From NCBI RefSeq assembly GCF_009914755.1, contig NC_060933.1: a stretch of DNA of 64,000 bases, one strand, 5' to 3'. The translations under genes and the position numbers were made by a program. Every line of letters begins with the position of its first letter. Within the stretch, counting starts at the first letter, position 1. Below are positions 40,079-51,040 of this stretch, piece by piece. Source of the stretch: the human T2T-CHM13v2.0 reference genome, Homo sapiens. The notes beneath the pieces are model-generated. The model was not told the DNA's origin and did not search any database. It saw nothing but the letters and a program-made list of their open reading frames with translations.

Positions 40079-40590
40079 GGCAAAGATTACTGGTTGTCTG
40101 TCCCCCATACCAATTTTCCCCTTCTTACATGGGAATGGAGGTCTCAACTTTTGGATAGGCTCATGACTATGCAGAGTAAAGACTTCTTTGTCTACTCTCC
40201 CTGGAAACTGAATGTAGCCATGTGACTGAATTCTGGCCAAGGAGATCTAAGTGTCCTGAGGCAGCTTCTGGGAGCCTTTCTTAAGAGGCATCAGGCGTGC
40301 TTCCTTTACCTACTTTTCTTTCCTCTTTCCACATTTATGTTGGCTGGAATGCAGACATAAGGGCTAGAGCCAGAGCAGCCAACTTGGACCATGAAACAAT
40401 TTTAGGAAGGGAGACCACATATGATAGAGCAATGTTTTGTAGGAGCCTGGATCTCTTTGCTCTTTCAGGAGTTGAGCTGATAAACTGGCCCAGGACAGCT
40501 TATCTCTGAACTTTTAAGACACAAAAGCACATCTTTTTCCTGTTTAAGCCTCTTAATTATTCACACATGAACTTAATCCTATATGCAACT
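40079..40590 (+). mobile_element. MLT1J-like LTR
   Basis: GCCATGTGACTGAATTCTGGCCAA...GGCTGGAATGCAGAC...TGTTTAAGCC. Confidence 0.65.
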
Positions 40591-42202
40591 GGAAAGGGAC
40601 ATGGACTGGGGGAGGGTTTTATGATCTCCGAATTCACATAGAATTTCTCTGTGAAGGGAAACCTGGAGTTGATACAGAATTTCCTTCCACAAAACAGCTC
40701 TTTGAATCTTCACTGGGTTTGACTTTGCATCTCACTCTCCAGAGGAAAACGAGGAGCAGTGAATCCACTGAGAACATTTTGCACGGTTCTCTTCCCAGCC
40801 CCTTGACATGTGGAGCAGTCTCCCATCTAGAGCCACCATACAGAGTTGACTGGCAGGAAAGCCCTAGCCCTGTGGCTTGCATATCTGAGCCCTCTCCCCT
40901 TTCAACCCCAGTCCCTCAGGAAGGCTTTCCCTGAACACCTACCTAGGCACATCCACTTCCCTTTTATTCTCCATCAAAGCATTTTTTTTAAAAAACACGT
41001 CTTTATTAAGACATAATTCATAGACCACAAAATTCACCCAGAGTGTATAATTCAATAGCTTTCAGTATGTTCAGTTGCACAATCATCACCAAAAATTAAT
41101 TCTAGAACATTCATCACAGCATCTAATTACTTAATTTTTATAGCAATATTTTCAGCCTGTGACGATATGTTTATTTTTGTCTTTATCTGTGCTTTGCCTT
41201 TCTACTTTAACCCGTGAGCTCCTGCAGGGCAGGGACTGTGATGGCTATGCTTATGCTTGGTGCTGCGTTTTCAGCACCTGGCAGACACCGACTCACAGAG
41301 GGACCCGGCTGCAAGATAGAAGAAAAGCCTGAAGCTGTCCCATCTACTCTGTATTGTAGCAGGTGCAGGACACCTGGATGACAACCAGGTCCCTGCTCTG
41401 GAAACCGTTAGGAGTAGAGGATTCTCAGAGGGGGTGGAGGCAGGGTGTGCGTACTCCAGGTGGCTTATTACCGCGGGGCCGGGGCCGTGGTAATTTGGGA
41501 AACCATAGTCAATATAGCTATTGTTTTCAAATAGCAGACTAGGGAAACTGACCCTGGACAATGTCTTCCTGGCAGGCGGGAACACGCAGAATTTGGAGTG
41601 AAACGGAAAGGGGCATGGGGTCGCCAAGGTGGTGAAACGCCGCATTAAGGCGCTTCAAGATAGCTGGAGTTTTGCTTGGGAAACTCAGAGGGATCTCGCC
41701 CGGCCGGCACAATGGCGTTTCTGAACCCATGCCCAGCCCACTGGGGGCAGTCCTTGCTGCTTGCAGAGGCCAGACGCTTCTTGCAACTTCTAAGCGGCGA
41801 GAGCTGCCACCTTGCCAATGACTCAACCGTTTGCCTATGCCCTCTGGGCTGTGCCACCAGCCGCAGCCGCCCTGCTCCCCCACCCACCCTTCTCCCCAGG
41901 CTCCGCGCCGCGCCGCCAGTCCCAGGGGAGCCGCCGGCGCACCTGGCGCCTAGGGCGCACGGCACTGCGCGCTGGTGGGCACCTCACCCGACGCCAGCTG
42001 CCAGCGCGCTCCCTCCCCGAAACCCTGAAGTGGGGTGTCTTGTCTAGCGCCCAGCGAACAACATTATCCAATTGCTTCCCGTTTTATTCGCAGGCTGGGA
42101 GCTGAGAGAGCCTGAGCATTCACTTTCAACCCTCCAGGGGAGGAGGGGGTGCGGGTGGGGAGGGGAGACGGCTCCCAGCTCCACCTCGCGCGCGGCGCGG
42201 CC

Positions 42203-42282
42203 AGTGCACTCGGCTCCGGGAGAGGCGAGCAGCGCCGGTGAGCCCCGCAGCAGCGCACCCGGCCGCGGAGCCCCGCGATGGA
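42203..42282 (+). other. PALM2AKAP2: First exon (5'UTR + ATG GA); TSS approximate
   Basis: Lies downstream of GC boxes and ends at donor GGA|GTGAGT. Gene identity comes from recalled paralemmin architecture (5-nt coding first exon, 'ME' followed by MAEAELHKERLQ in PALM2, very long intron 1); not verified by alignment. Confidence 0.55.
42278..42282 (+). CDS. PALM2AKAP2: 5-nt coding start (Met + partial Glu/Asp) of a large + strand gene, probably paralemmin-2
   Basis: CCCCGCGATGG has strong Kozak context (-3 G, +4 G) and is followed by canonical GTGAGT at 42283-42288; no downstream coding exon recognised in the window. Confidence 0.55.
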
Positions 42283-42327
42283 GTGAGTATCCCCGAGCCG
42301 CGCCGCCAGCTGCTCTCCTCTCGGCAT

Positions 42328-42341
42328 GTTGCCATGGTGAC
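42328..42341. promoter_or_regulatory. RFX X-box motif
   Basis: GTTGCCATGGTGAC, one mismatch from GTTGCCATGGTAAC, 45 bp into intron 1. Confidence 0.65.
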
Positions 42342-43339
42342 CGCGGCGGCAGGCAGATCCCGCTCGGGTCCGCGTCCAGGATGGGTGTTTAATTTCAGCC
42401 CCGTGTGTACGCCTGGTGTTTCTATAGCAGCCGCCGCGGCGGCAGGAGGCAAGGGGTGGGAGCCCCGGGTGGCGTGGTTTTTGCGGCTGCCCCTTGGCTA
42501 GCAGGGCCTGGGGGGCGAGTGAGGGGAGTAGATGATGTTGCTAAGGACGGAGGCATATTCTAGGCTTTCCTATCTCTGCCCCAAGCTTCCGCTTATCGGG
42601 GAGTTGGCCGCAATAGCCATGACTTCCGATTCCTAACCATGTCAGCATTATTGGACTGCAGTTAAAAAAAGAGGGAGGGGGTCACTGCGGATCGGAAGCA
42701 AACGCGGTTCAGTGTGAAGCGTGTAATGGAAGGATGAGTTAGTGGGTAATATGAGCCAGGGCTGCAATGTCCTGGCTACTAGAAACCATCAGAAGACCCA
42801 AAAGAATTGATTTGTTCCTGGGGTATTGGAGAAATAAGACAAACATATTGGCGGCAGCCCGGAGTGGAATTACAACGTTTGGCACCGTGAATACGGCATG
42901 GATGGGTGGGGAAGACAAGAGAGGCATTAACCAGAAAAGACATTAAATAAAGGGCTCCGGTTGTGGGTCTGGTCTAGGATTCCTCTCTTCTCTGTGTTTG
43001 CATCCCTACATTGCTTTTTGGACACTCTCTCGAGCTGCTGCCACAGCAGGACCACTCTGACAGGCGACAGCCAGCCACTCCAAGGAAGGGTCATTTTTGG
43101 AGCCAGCTATTAGATCCCGCTCACTTGGTCAGCTTCTCCTCTTCCGTTCTCTTCCCACACTACTCCTTGACATTGAGGCCGTCTGAAATCATATTTCAAG
43201 TTAGAGATAAAGTCATGTTTTCAGACATCAGGACCTTCGTACCAAACCCAAGAAACCTTAGATGCAGCCTTTATCCCTCTGCGTATCTGATTGTGTAGAT
43301 GCAATTTAATCCTCAGAAAGGCTGCTAAAGCAGAAGTGA

Positions 43340-43830
43340 GAGATGGTGTAGCATTGTAGGAGTCACAGTCATGGATTTCAGGCCCCACCTAGCCTGATAC
43401 TGCTGTTATTGATTTCCTACTCCAGCAATTGAATGTCTCTGAGCCTCAGTTTCCCTATCTCTGCAATGGAAACAAAGATGTTCCTTACTCACTTTGAAGC
43501 ATTATTGAGAGGATCATGTAATATCTGTATCTCTTCCAAAGGGCTTTGTAAATTGTAAGATATGTACAAATTTAAGGAACTAGTGTCATGTTTAAGAGCT
43601 GGGCTCTAGAGTCAGATTGGCTGGTTTGAGGCTTCTGACACTTTGCTGAATGATGTTAATCTCCCTGGGCCTCATTTTCCCCATCTGGAAAATGGGAATA
43701 ATAATAGTAACTATTTCATGTACTTTTTGTGAACATTAAGGAAGTTAATGATGTAAATTGATACATACACATATAAGGTTCTTAGAACAGAGCCTGGCAT
43801 AAAATAAGCTCAATAAATATCATCTATTAT
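43340..43830 (+). mobile_element. Two tandem MIR elements
   Basis: TCTCTGAGCCTCAGTTTCCCTATCTCTGCAATGG and GGGCCTCATTTTCCCCATCTGGAAAATGGGAATAATAATAGTA cores. Confidence 0.8.
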
Positions 43831-43852
43831 CTATGAATATTATCTATTATTA

Positions 43853-43933
43853 TTAGGTTGGTGCAACAGTAATTGCAGTTTTTGCCATTACTTTCAATGG
43901 CAAAAACCGCAAATTACTGTTGCACCAACCTAA
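43853..43933. mobile_element. MADE1 (Hsmar1-derived MITE)
   Basis: TTAGGTTGGTGCAA...TTGCACCAACCTAA; 37/38-nt arms with a 6-nt spacer; TA duplication on both sides. Confidence 0.95.
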
Positions 43934-43985
43934 TACTACAGTCTACAGCATTTATTGGGGTTTCGGATTGGCACCAAGCTATTCT

Positions 43986-44260
43986 TCATTTTAGACAGGG
44001 TCTCACTCTGTCACCCAGGCTGGAGTGCAATGGCGCTATCATGGCTCACTGCAGTATTGACCTCCTGGGCTCAAACAATCCTCCCACCTCAGCCTTCTGA
44101 TGGGACTACAGGCATGCACAACCATGCCCAGCTAATTTTTAATTTTTCATACAGACGGGATTGTCCTATGTTGCTCAGGCTAGTCTTGAACTCCTGGGCT
44201 CAAGCAATCCTCCTGCCCCGGTCTTGCTGGGATTATAGGTGTGAGCCACCATGCCCAGTC
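43986..44260 (-). mobile_element. AluJ
   Basis: AGACAGGGTCTCACTCTGTCACCCAGGC...CTCCTGGGCTCAAGCAATCCTCC...GTGAGCCACCATGCCCAG. Confidence 0.85.
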
Positions 44261-44289
44261 TTTTTTTTTTTTTTTAATTTATAAAGAAA

Positions 44290-44552
44290 TACATGGTGTG
44301 GTGGTTCATGACTGCAATCTCAGTGCTTTGAGGACAGAGGTGGTAGGAAGTCTTGATGAGCCCAGGAGTTTGAGAATGCGCTGAGCTATAATTGCACCAC
44401 TGCACTGGGTGACAGAGCAAAACCTCATCTCAAAAAAAGAAAGAAAGGAAGGAAGGAAGGAAGAAGAAAAAGAGAAAGAAAGAAAGAGAAAGAAAGAAAG
44501 AAAGAGGGGGAGGGAGGGAGTGAGGGAGGGAAGGAAGGAAAGAAAGGGAAAG
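44290..44552 (+). mobile_element. FRAM/AluJ monomer with tail expanded into a (GAAA)/(GGAA)/(GGGA) purine tract
   Basis: GTGGTGGTTCATGACTGCAATCTCAG...TTGCACCACTGCACTGGGTGACAGAGC, then a nearly pure purine run at 44432-44552. Confidence 0.75.
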
Positions 44553-45190
44553 ACAATGCCTGAAGGGCAATTGAGAGTAACATAATTCCCAAGATACCAC
44601 TGTTGATGTGAGAACTAGCAAGAAGCCACAGCAGGCTTGGATATACGGAACAGACTCGGCCTGATGCACACTTCATTCTTGTTCCTCACTGTCATTTTCT
44701 TAGACATGGAGACTGTCCTTTACAAGAGACTGAACATAGATCTAGTCCTCTCACTGGGTAGCGCTAAAGGAGAGCCTGGTCATTTGCCAGGGCAGCAACT
44801 TTCATCTTTATGCTCTCACATGGATAATCTAATATTTGATATGTTTCTCCCAGACTTAGCACTTGGGTGCTCAATAACTGGAACAGCACACAGGATTGGT
44901 AAGTTTACAAAGGTCCTCAGCTTTTTCCCACATTCCCTCTGAGTCTCCTGGCTAAGGTTTCCTCCAGGTGTGCTAAGCTCACACCTGGAACTCCTTGTGA
45001 ACAAAGACCTTCCTCATCACATTCTTCTTGCTCCACAGGATCCAAATTACTGCCTCAATTAGCCTCCTTCTCCCTAATCAACTTGGCCTCAGCTTTCCCA
45101 TTCCCAAGCAACATTCCAAAGTTCTCACTTCCTGGTTAACCTTCCCAATTTCCAACTCTGTTTTCTGCCCTACTTCGTTTGCTTCCTTAA

Positions 45191-45600
45191 TGTATTAGGC
45201 TGTTCCTGCATTGTTATAAAGAAATACCTGAGACAGGGTAATTTATGAAGAAAAGAGCTTTAATTGGCTGATGATTCTGCAGGCTGTATAGAAGTGTGGT
45301 ACAGGAGTCAGCTCAGCTTCCGGTGAGGCCTCAGGAAGCTTTCAGTCATGGAGAAAGGTGAAGCAGAAGGCTGGCAAGTTGTATGGTGGGAGCAGGAGCA
45401 AGAGCAAGGGGTGGCGGGGGGTGTCACAGACTTTAAACAACCAGATCTCAGGGGAACTCACTCACTATTGCGAGTGAACACCAAGGCCCCATCCCCAGGA
45501 TTCACCCCCAGGACCAAAACACTTCCCACCAGGCCCCATGTACAACACTGGGGATTACATCTCAACATGATACCTGGAGGGGGACATCCAATCTACATCA
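45191..45600 (-). mobile_element. MSTA/B solo LTR
   Basis: TGTATTAGGCTGTTCCTGCATTG...ATCTACATCA; TSD CTTAA on both sides. Confidence 0.9.
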
Positions 45601-45974
45601 CTTAATATAGTGAGCTTTTTCTTTCTTTTTTCCCTTTTAGAATATCATCTTTTCCTGTCCCTCCTTGGGTCTCACAACATTTCCCTTGTGCCAAATACTG
45701 CCCCTACCCTTCAATCTAAACACTCCCCAAATTTCATCCCCGGTAGGAAAGCCCACTTTGAATATGAGTGAAATAGGGACTCCATTCCCCTTACTTACTG
45801 TAACCAACTTATATTTATAAACATTTATTAAAAGAGGGAATTAAATTCACTTCTTTTATGTTTTAATTTAACCAACAAATGTTTGTTGAGATTAGCACTG
45901 GTCAACAAAACAGTCATGATTCTCTTTGTCTGATGAGAGATAGATGTTAAATCAGTAAATATGTGTGTATACTG

Positions 45975-46860
45975 ATTGAATTTCTCCTCAGAAAAGGGGT
46001 TTTTCTTTTCTATCACATTGTCAGGCTGCAAATTTTCTCAACTTTTATGCTCTGCTTCCCTTATAAAACCGAATGCCTTTAACAGCACCCAAGTCACCTC
46101 TTGAATGCTTTGCTGCTTAGGAATTTCTTCCACCAGATGCCCTAAATCATCTCTCTCAAGTTCAAAGTTCCACAAATCTCTAGGGCAAGGGAAAAATGCT
46201 GCCAGTTTCTTTGCTAAAACATAACAAGAGTCACCTTTGCTCCAGTTCCCAACAAAATTTTCATTTCCATCTGAGACCTCCTCAGCCTGGATTTCATTGT
46301 CCATATCGTTATCAGCATTTTGGTCAAGGCCATTCAGCAAGTCTCTAGGGAGTTCCGAACTTTCCCACATTTTCCTGTCTTCTTCTGAGCCCTCCAAACT
46401 GTTTCAACCTCTGCCTGTTACCCAATTCCAAAGTTGGCTTCACAGTTTTGACTATTTTTTCAGCAACACCCAACTCTACTGGTACCAATGTACTGTATTA
46501 GTCTGTTTTCATGCTGCTGATTAAGACATACCTGAGACTGGGCAATTTACAAAGGAAAGAGGTTTAATGGTGAACTCACAGTTCCATGTGGCTGGGGAAG
46601 CCTCACAATCATGGCAGAAGGCAAGGAGGAGCAAGTCACATCTTATGTGGAGGGCAGCAGGCAAAAAGAAAGCTTGTGCAGAGAAACTTCAATTTTAAAA
46701 ACCACCAGATCTCATGAGACCCATTCACTATCATGAGACCAGCAAGGGAAAGGCCTGCCCCCATGATTCAATCATCTCCCACCAGGTGCTTTCCAACACA
46801 TGGGAACTGTGGGAGCTACAAGACGAGATTTGGGTGGGGACACAGAAAGAAACCATATCA
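45975..46860 (-). mobile_element. THE1A/B 5' LTR (46494-46860) plus ~520 bp of THE1-int, truncated
   Basis: LTR TGTATTAGTC...AACCATATCA; internal ORF MEGSEEDRKMWESSELPRDLLNG is typical THE1-int. Confidence 0.9.
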
Positions 46861-46974
46861 CCAAGGTTTCCAATTTAAAATGAAACCTAGTGAAAATGAG
46901 GATACATAGTCATTTTTTTCACAAGTATTGTTGGTTTTAGTAAAATAAGAGCTTCTTAGTTTAAGAAAAAAAAA

Positions 46975-47337
46975 AACCCCAGCCATAAAAGAGAATGAAA
47001 TCATGTCCTTTACAGCAATGTGGATGGAGCTGGATGCCATTATCCTAAATGAGCTAACTCAGAAACAGAAAACCAAATATTGCATGTTCTCATTTATAAG
47101 TGAGAGCTAAATGATGTGTACACATGGACATAAAGATGAAAATAATAGATACTGGGAACCTCAAAACAGGGAAGGGTGGGAAGGCACAAGGGTTGAAAAA
47201 TTACCTATTGAGTACAGTGTTCACTATTTGGGTAATGGGTACATTAGAAGCCCAGTCCCCACCAGTATACAATATACCCATGTAACAAACTTGCGCATGT
47301 ACTCACCTGAATCTAAAATAAAATAAAATTTACAAAA
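46975..47337 (+). mobile_element. L1PB3/4-like 3' end
   Basis: GGGTTGAAAAATTACCTATTG...CAATATACCCATGTAACAAAC...AATCTAAAATAAAATAAA. Confidence 0.82.
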
Positions 47338-48349
47338 GGTCTATCTTGGAAAAGAAGAAAAGTCTAATTTCCACCTTAAGAGGCTAGAAGAGCAAACTAA
47401 ATCCAAAGCAAGCAGAAAAAGAAATAAAAGAAAGAAAGAAAAATCTAGGTAATAAACAAGAAAAGAGGGTACTAACTGATTGAAGTTAAAATTTTTCTTA
47501 GTGACATGCTCTGTACTGGATGTGTAGAACAGAGAAGACCTACTGGAAAACCAGAAGGTAGGGTTGGTGTCATGTTCTGTACCATGTCAGTGTTCTTGTG
47601 TGGTACATGAAACATCAGGCAATGGCAGGTACTTGCTGCCCTCCTGGGTGGGTTGGGTATGAGATCCATGTGTTTGTAGGAATGCACTTTAACACCTGCA
47701 GTTATTAATTTGATGCCACACCTATAGATTTTGCCTCACACTTCTCTGGAATGGTCTTCAAAACAGTATGGGATCCAAAAGGCACAAAGAACATAACACG
47801 AGAACTCTAAGTTGTTGCGATCCCTGTAAGCCCTGGGGCTCTGACAATGTGGGTGGCAGCCTTGGACCAGAAGTGGCATTCCCCATCACCAGTCAGATGC
47901 CTGTTATCACATGGACTTAGGCTTATAGCATCCAGTGGTGATCATGAAACATCTGAAGTTTGATTCTGCAAATGAATAAATCTAGGTTCATGAAAGAATA
48001 AGTGCAGTAGGGACATTAAGTTACAGATAACTTAAGGTTCTTAACATATGCCTTCATTCATTCATCCAGTAACTCATTTAGTTAGCAAATATTTATTGAA
48101 TACTTTCTATGTATGAAGCACTGTGATAGGTACTTGCGATAAATGGTGATTAAAAACATCCCTTACCCTGTCTTCAAGGAGCTTACGGCTTAGTCTATGT
48201 GTGACTATGGATACTTTGTGAGTTTGAACTATTTTTCTTGCTGAATCAGTCTTCTGATGACACAAAATGTGGCATTTCGTGTGCTCAGCATATGGTGGGC
48301 ATTAAACAAATGTGTTTAGAAATGTGTAAGACTTTTAGAAGTTAATTTC

Positions 48350-49030
48350 TATGATGAAAGTAATGTATGCTTTTTAAAACAATTCAAATATTACGGAAGT
48401 TTATGAAGTAAATATCCTCATTTTCCATTCTCTCACTCATATCTCAGTTCCTAGAGGTGATTACCGTGAACGCTTGGGAAACCTCTTTCCAGATATTTTC
48501 CATGCAAACATCATAGAGTTGGAAACACTTATATATATATATATATAGGTTTAAATATTTCTTTTACATAAATGAAATCATACCACATATGTTGTTCTGC
48601 AGCTTGCTTTTTCCACTTCATATTATATTCTACATACTTTTTCTTATCAATATATGTCAGCATGTGTAGCTCAGTGGTAAAGCACATGCTTTGAATATCA
48701 ATATATACACATCTACTTCATTCACTTTTATAAAACTGCTTAGTATTTACTTTTGGAATATCATTAACCAGTTCTTCATGATGAAGAGTTAGACTTGTTT
48801 CCACTTTTTGCTACTATTTTCAATGCTACAATGAACATCCTTGTCCACACTGCAAATAAATCTGCATACAATTTTCTAGAAATGAAATTGCTGGGTGAGT
48901 GAATATGCACATTGTGAATTTTGTTAGATATTGCCCAGGTGCCTCCGAAAGTATTGTATCCCTTTACATTGCCATTCATCATGTTTGAGAGCCCCTGTTT
49001 CCCCAAATCCTTGACAACCCTAGCCACATT
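48350..49030 (-). mobile_element. Old L1M (MC/ME-like) 3' region
   Basis: TTGTTTCCACTTTTTGCTACTATT...TTCTAGAAATGAAATTGCTGGGT...ATATTGCCCA antisense L1 motifs. Confidence 0.7.
48664..48696 (+). pseudogene. tRNA-Ala(TGC) 5'-half retropseudogene (tailless)
   Basis: GTGTAGCTCAGTGGTAAAGCACATGCTTTGAAT matches tRNA-Ala GTGTAGCTCAGTGGTAGAGCGCATGCTTTGCAT at 30/33; perfect 11-bp TSD TATCAATATAT (48645-55, 48696-706). Confidence 0.85.
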
Positions 49031-49357
49031 ATATATTCATATTTGAATATTTATGTTTGACTAGTCTAACTTGATGTACATCATCACTGTCAGTGGTCGT
49101 GGTCTGTGCTCTTGCTCTGTCTACTTGTCACTTTCTCAGAGAGCCCTAGTAAGCCACAAGGTGCAATTGTTCAGAAGACAGTGAAAATCACTTACAAAGA
49201 CAAAGCTTAAAATATCTCATTGACTTTTAAAAGTGATCAAGTGATTGTTTTACAGTTCATCAAATTTAGACTTTATTGATAGATTTCTTACCTTAAAGTT
49301 GAGGAAATGAGCACATGTCACTTAGCCCCCCTTTTACCATTTGTTGCAGTTATAGTG

Positions 49358-49714
49358 TGATATAGTTTGGCTCTGTGTCCCCACCCAAATATCATCTCAA
49401 ACTGTAGTCCCCATGTGTTCAGGAAGGGACCTGGTAGGAGGTGACTGGATTATGGGGATGGTTTCCCCCATGCTGTTCTCATGATAGTGAGTGAATTCTC
49501 ACAAGATCTGATAGTTTAAAAGTGGCAGTTTCCCCTGCTCTTTCTCTCTGTCCTGCTGCCATGTAAGACGTGCCTGCTTCCCCTTCCACCATGATTGTAA
49601 GTTTCCTGAGGCCTCTCCAGCCATGCAGAACTGTGAGTCAATAAAACCTCTTTGTTTACAAATTATCTAGTCTCAGGTAGTATCTTTATAATAGTGTGAA
49701 AATGGACTAATACT
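49358..49714 (+). mobile_element. THE1D-like solo LTR
   Basis: TGATATAGTTTGGCTCTGTGTCCCCACCC...GGACTAATAC; TSD TAGTG. Confidence 0.9.
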
Positions 49715-49769
49715 TAGTGTTAGTTTTATGTTTTCAAAGTTTTTAGCATTTGCAAATTTGAACATAATT

Positions 49770-50130
49770 CTCTTAATTCATTCAATCGATGGATTCTTTT
49801 TGAGTGCCCTTTTCATCCTAGGCACTGCTCCAAGCACTGAGAATACAGCAGTAAATTGTCAAAGAGGCAAAGGAGCTTATATTGTGTTAGAGGAGACAGA
49901 CAATACATATATTACATATATACTTTGTCAGGAAGCAATAAATGTTAAAAAAATTAAGCACATTAGGAGACTGGAGAGTGATGGGAGGGTTATTTTTGAT
50001 AGTGTCATCAGGGAACAGGTTTCTGACTTGGTAAGTTTGGATAGAGACTTGAACAAGGTGAGGGGATGAGACATACAGAAGAAGGAAGAGCAGTTGCAAA
50101 GGTCCTGAGGCAGGGCCATGCTTTGTGGGC
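49770..50130 (-). mobile_element. L2a fragment
   Basis: ATTCATTCAA...TTGAGTGCC...CTAGGCACTG...GCAAAGGTCCTGAGGCAGG. Confidence 0.75.
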
Positions 50131-50169
50131 TCAGTGTTAGTCTTGGATCTAAATGCAGTCAGAACACCA

Positions 50170-51040
50170 CCAGCCCTTTCATCAATGACATCCTCTTTTT
50201 TGAGCATCTTATAGGTTGATTTAGTGTTTAGTTAAAAGGGTTTGTTTTCAAACAGGGCCAAAGTGTATTAAATTCTAAATGCCTGTTGGTTGTTTCTATG
50301 AACAAACAAGTTGAATGTGTATAAAATTATAGAATCATGTTTTTAGCCCCTCATAATTCTCCAAGATGTCATTCCATTGTGTTCTGGCATTGACCCTTGC
50401 TCTGGGAAGGTCTGAGGCTAGACTATTTCTTCTTTGTAGATGGCTTGCCTACTCCCATCCCTCCCACTCCTGCAATTTTTTTTTTTGGCTTTGATGCTGA
50501 TCAAGTTATTTTTAAACACTGAAAGTTTGGTAACTTCTCTTTGATATTTCTTACTGTAAGTCATTGTGTTGTTGTTTTTTTTTTCTGGAAAATGGTAGTT
50601 CCTTTGTTCTGAAGAGTCATATTTTCCTTTATTTTTTTGTAAAGATATTTTCCCTGTGGCTTTCAATTGAAGAATCTATTTGTTCTGTTATCTACCACAG
50701 GGACATCTATTACCCATTGCTCTCCATAACTATTAATTCTGAATTTTTCTCATTTTTTTCCTGATGTTCCTATGAGTTTCCTTACATTTAAAAGTCTGTC
50801 ATGTAGATAGTTGACTCTCTTTTTAAGCAGCAGTTTCTAAGTAGGGCTCACTTCTGAAATGGTTTTATGGTTATCTTCAATTTATTTTCTGGCTTGGCTA
50901 GCACATTTTGCACTTTTTAAAATAAAGAGTTCATGTATCCAATTTTTTTGAATGTATGGATAGTAATTTATCAGAAAATTATCTGTATTTTTTGGGCTAT
51001 TTTTCTGAAATGTATTTATCTGCCATTTGCTGGTAACTCA
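50170..51040 (-). mobile_element. Ancient L1 ORF1-region / HAL1-like remnant
   Basis: TATAAAATT...TTCCATTGTGTTCTGGCATT...GAAGGTCTGAGGC resembles antisense L1/HAL1 ORF1. Confidence 0.4.

Larger units (their letters stand above)
41450..42720. promoter_or_regulatory. CpG island / TATA-less promoter
   Basis: Abrupt rise in GC and CpG density; GC boxes at 42137-42165, CCAAT plus TGACTCA at 41815-41825, Inr-like CCAGT at ~42201. Confidence 0.93.

Noticed and set aside
41270-41291. REST/RE1-like site TTCAGCACCTGGCAGACACC upstream of the CpG island
   Set aside because: Only the left half-site matches; the GGACAG half is absent, and the site lies in a probable L2 remnant.
41271-42501. Cluster of overlapping 78-124 aa ORFs on both strands over the CpG island
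   Set aside because: Expected in GC-rich, stop-poor DNA; Pro/Arg/Ala/Gly-rich with no recognisable domains; many use non-ATG starts.
46038-46397. 119-aa acidic ORF MEGSEEDRKMWE...
   Set aside because: Standard THE1-int open frame in a truncated element.
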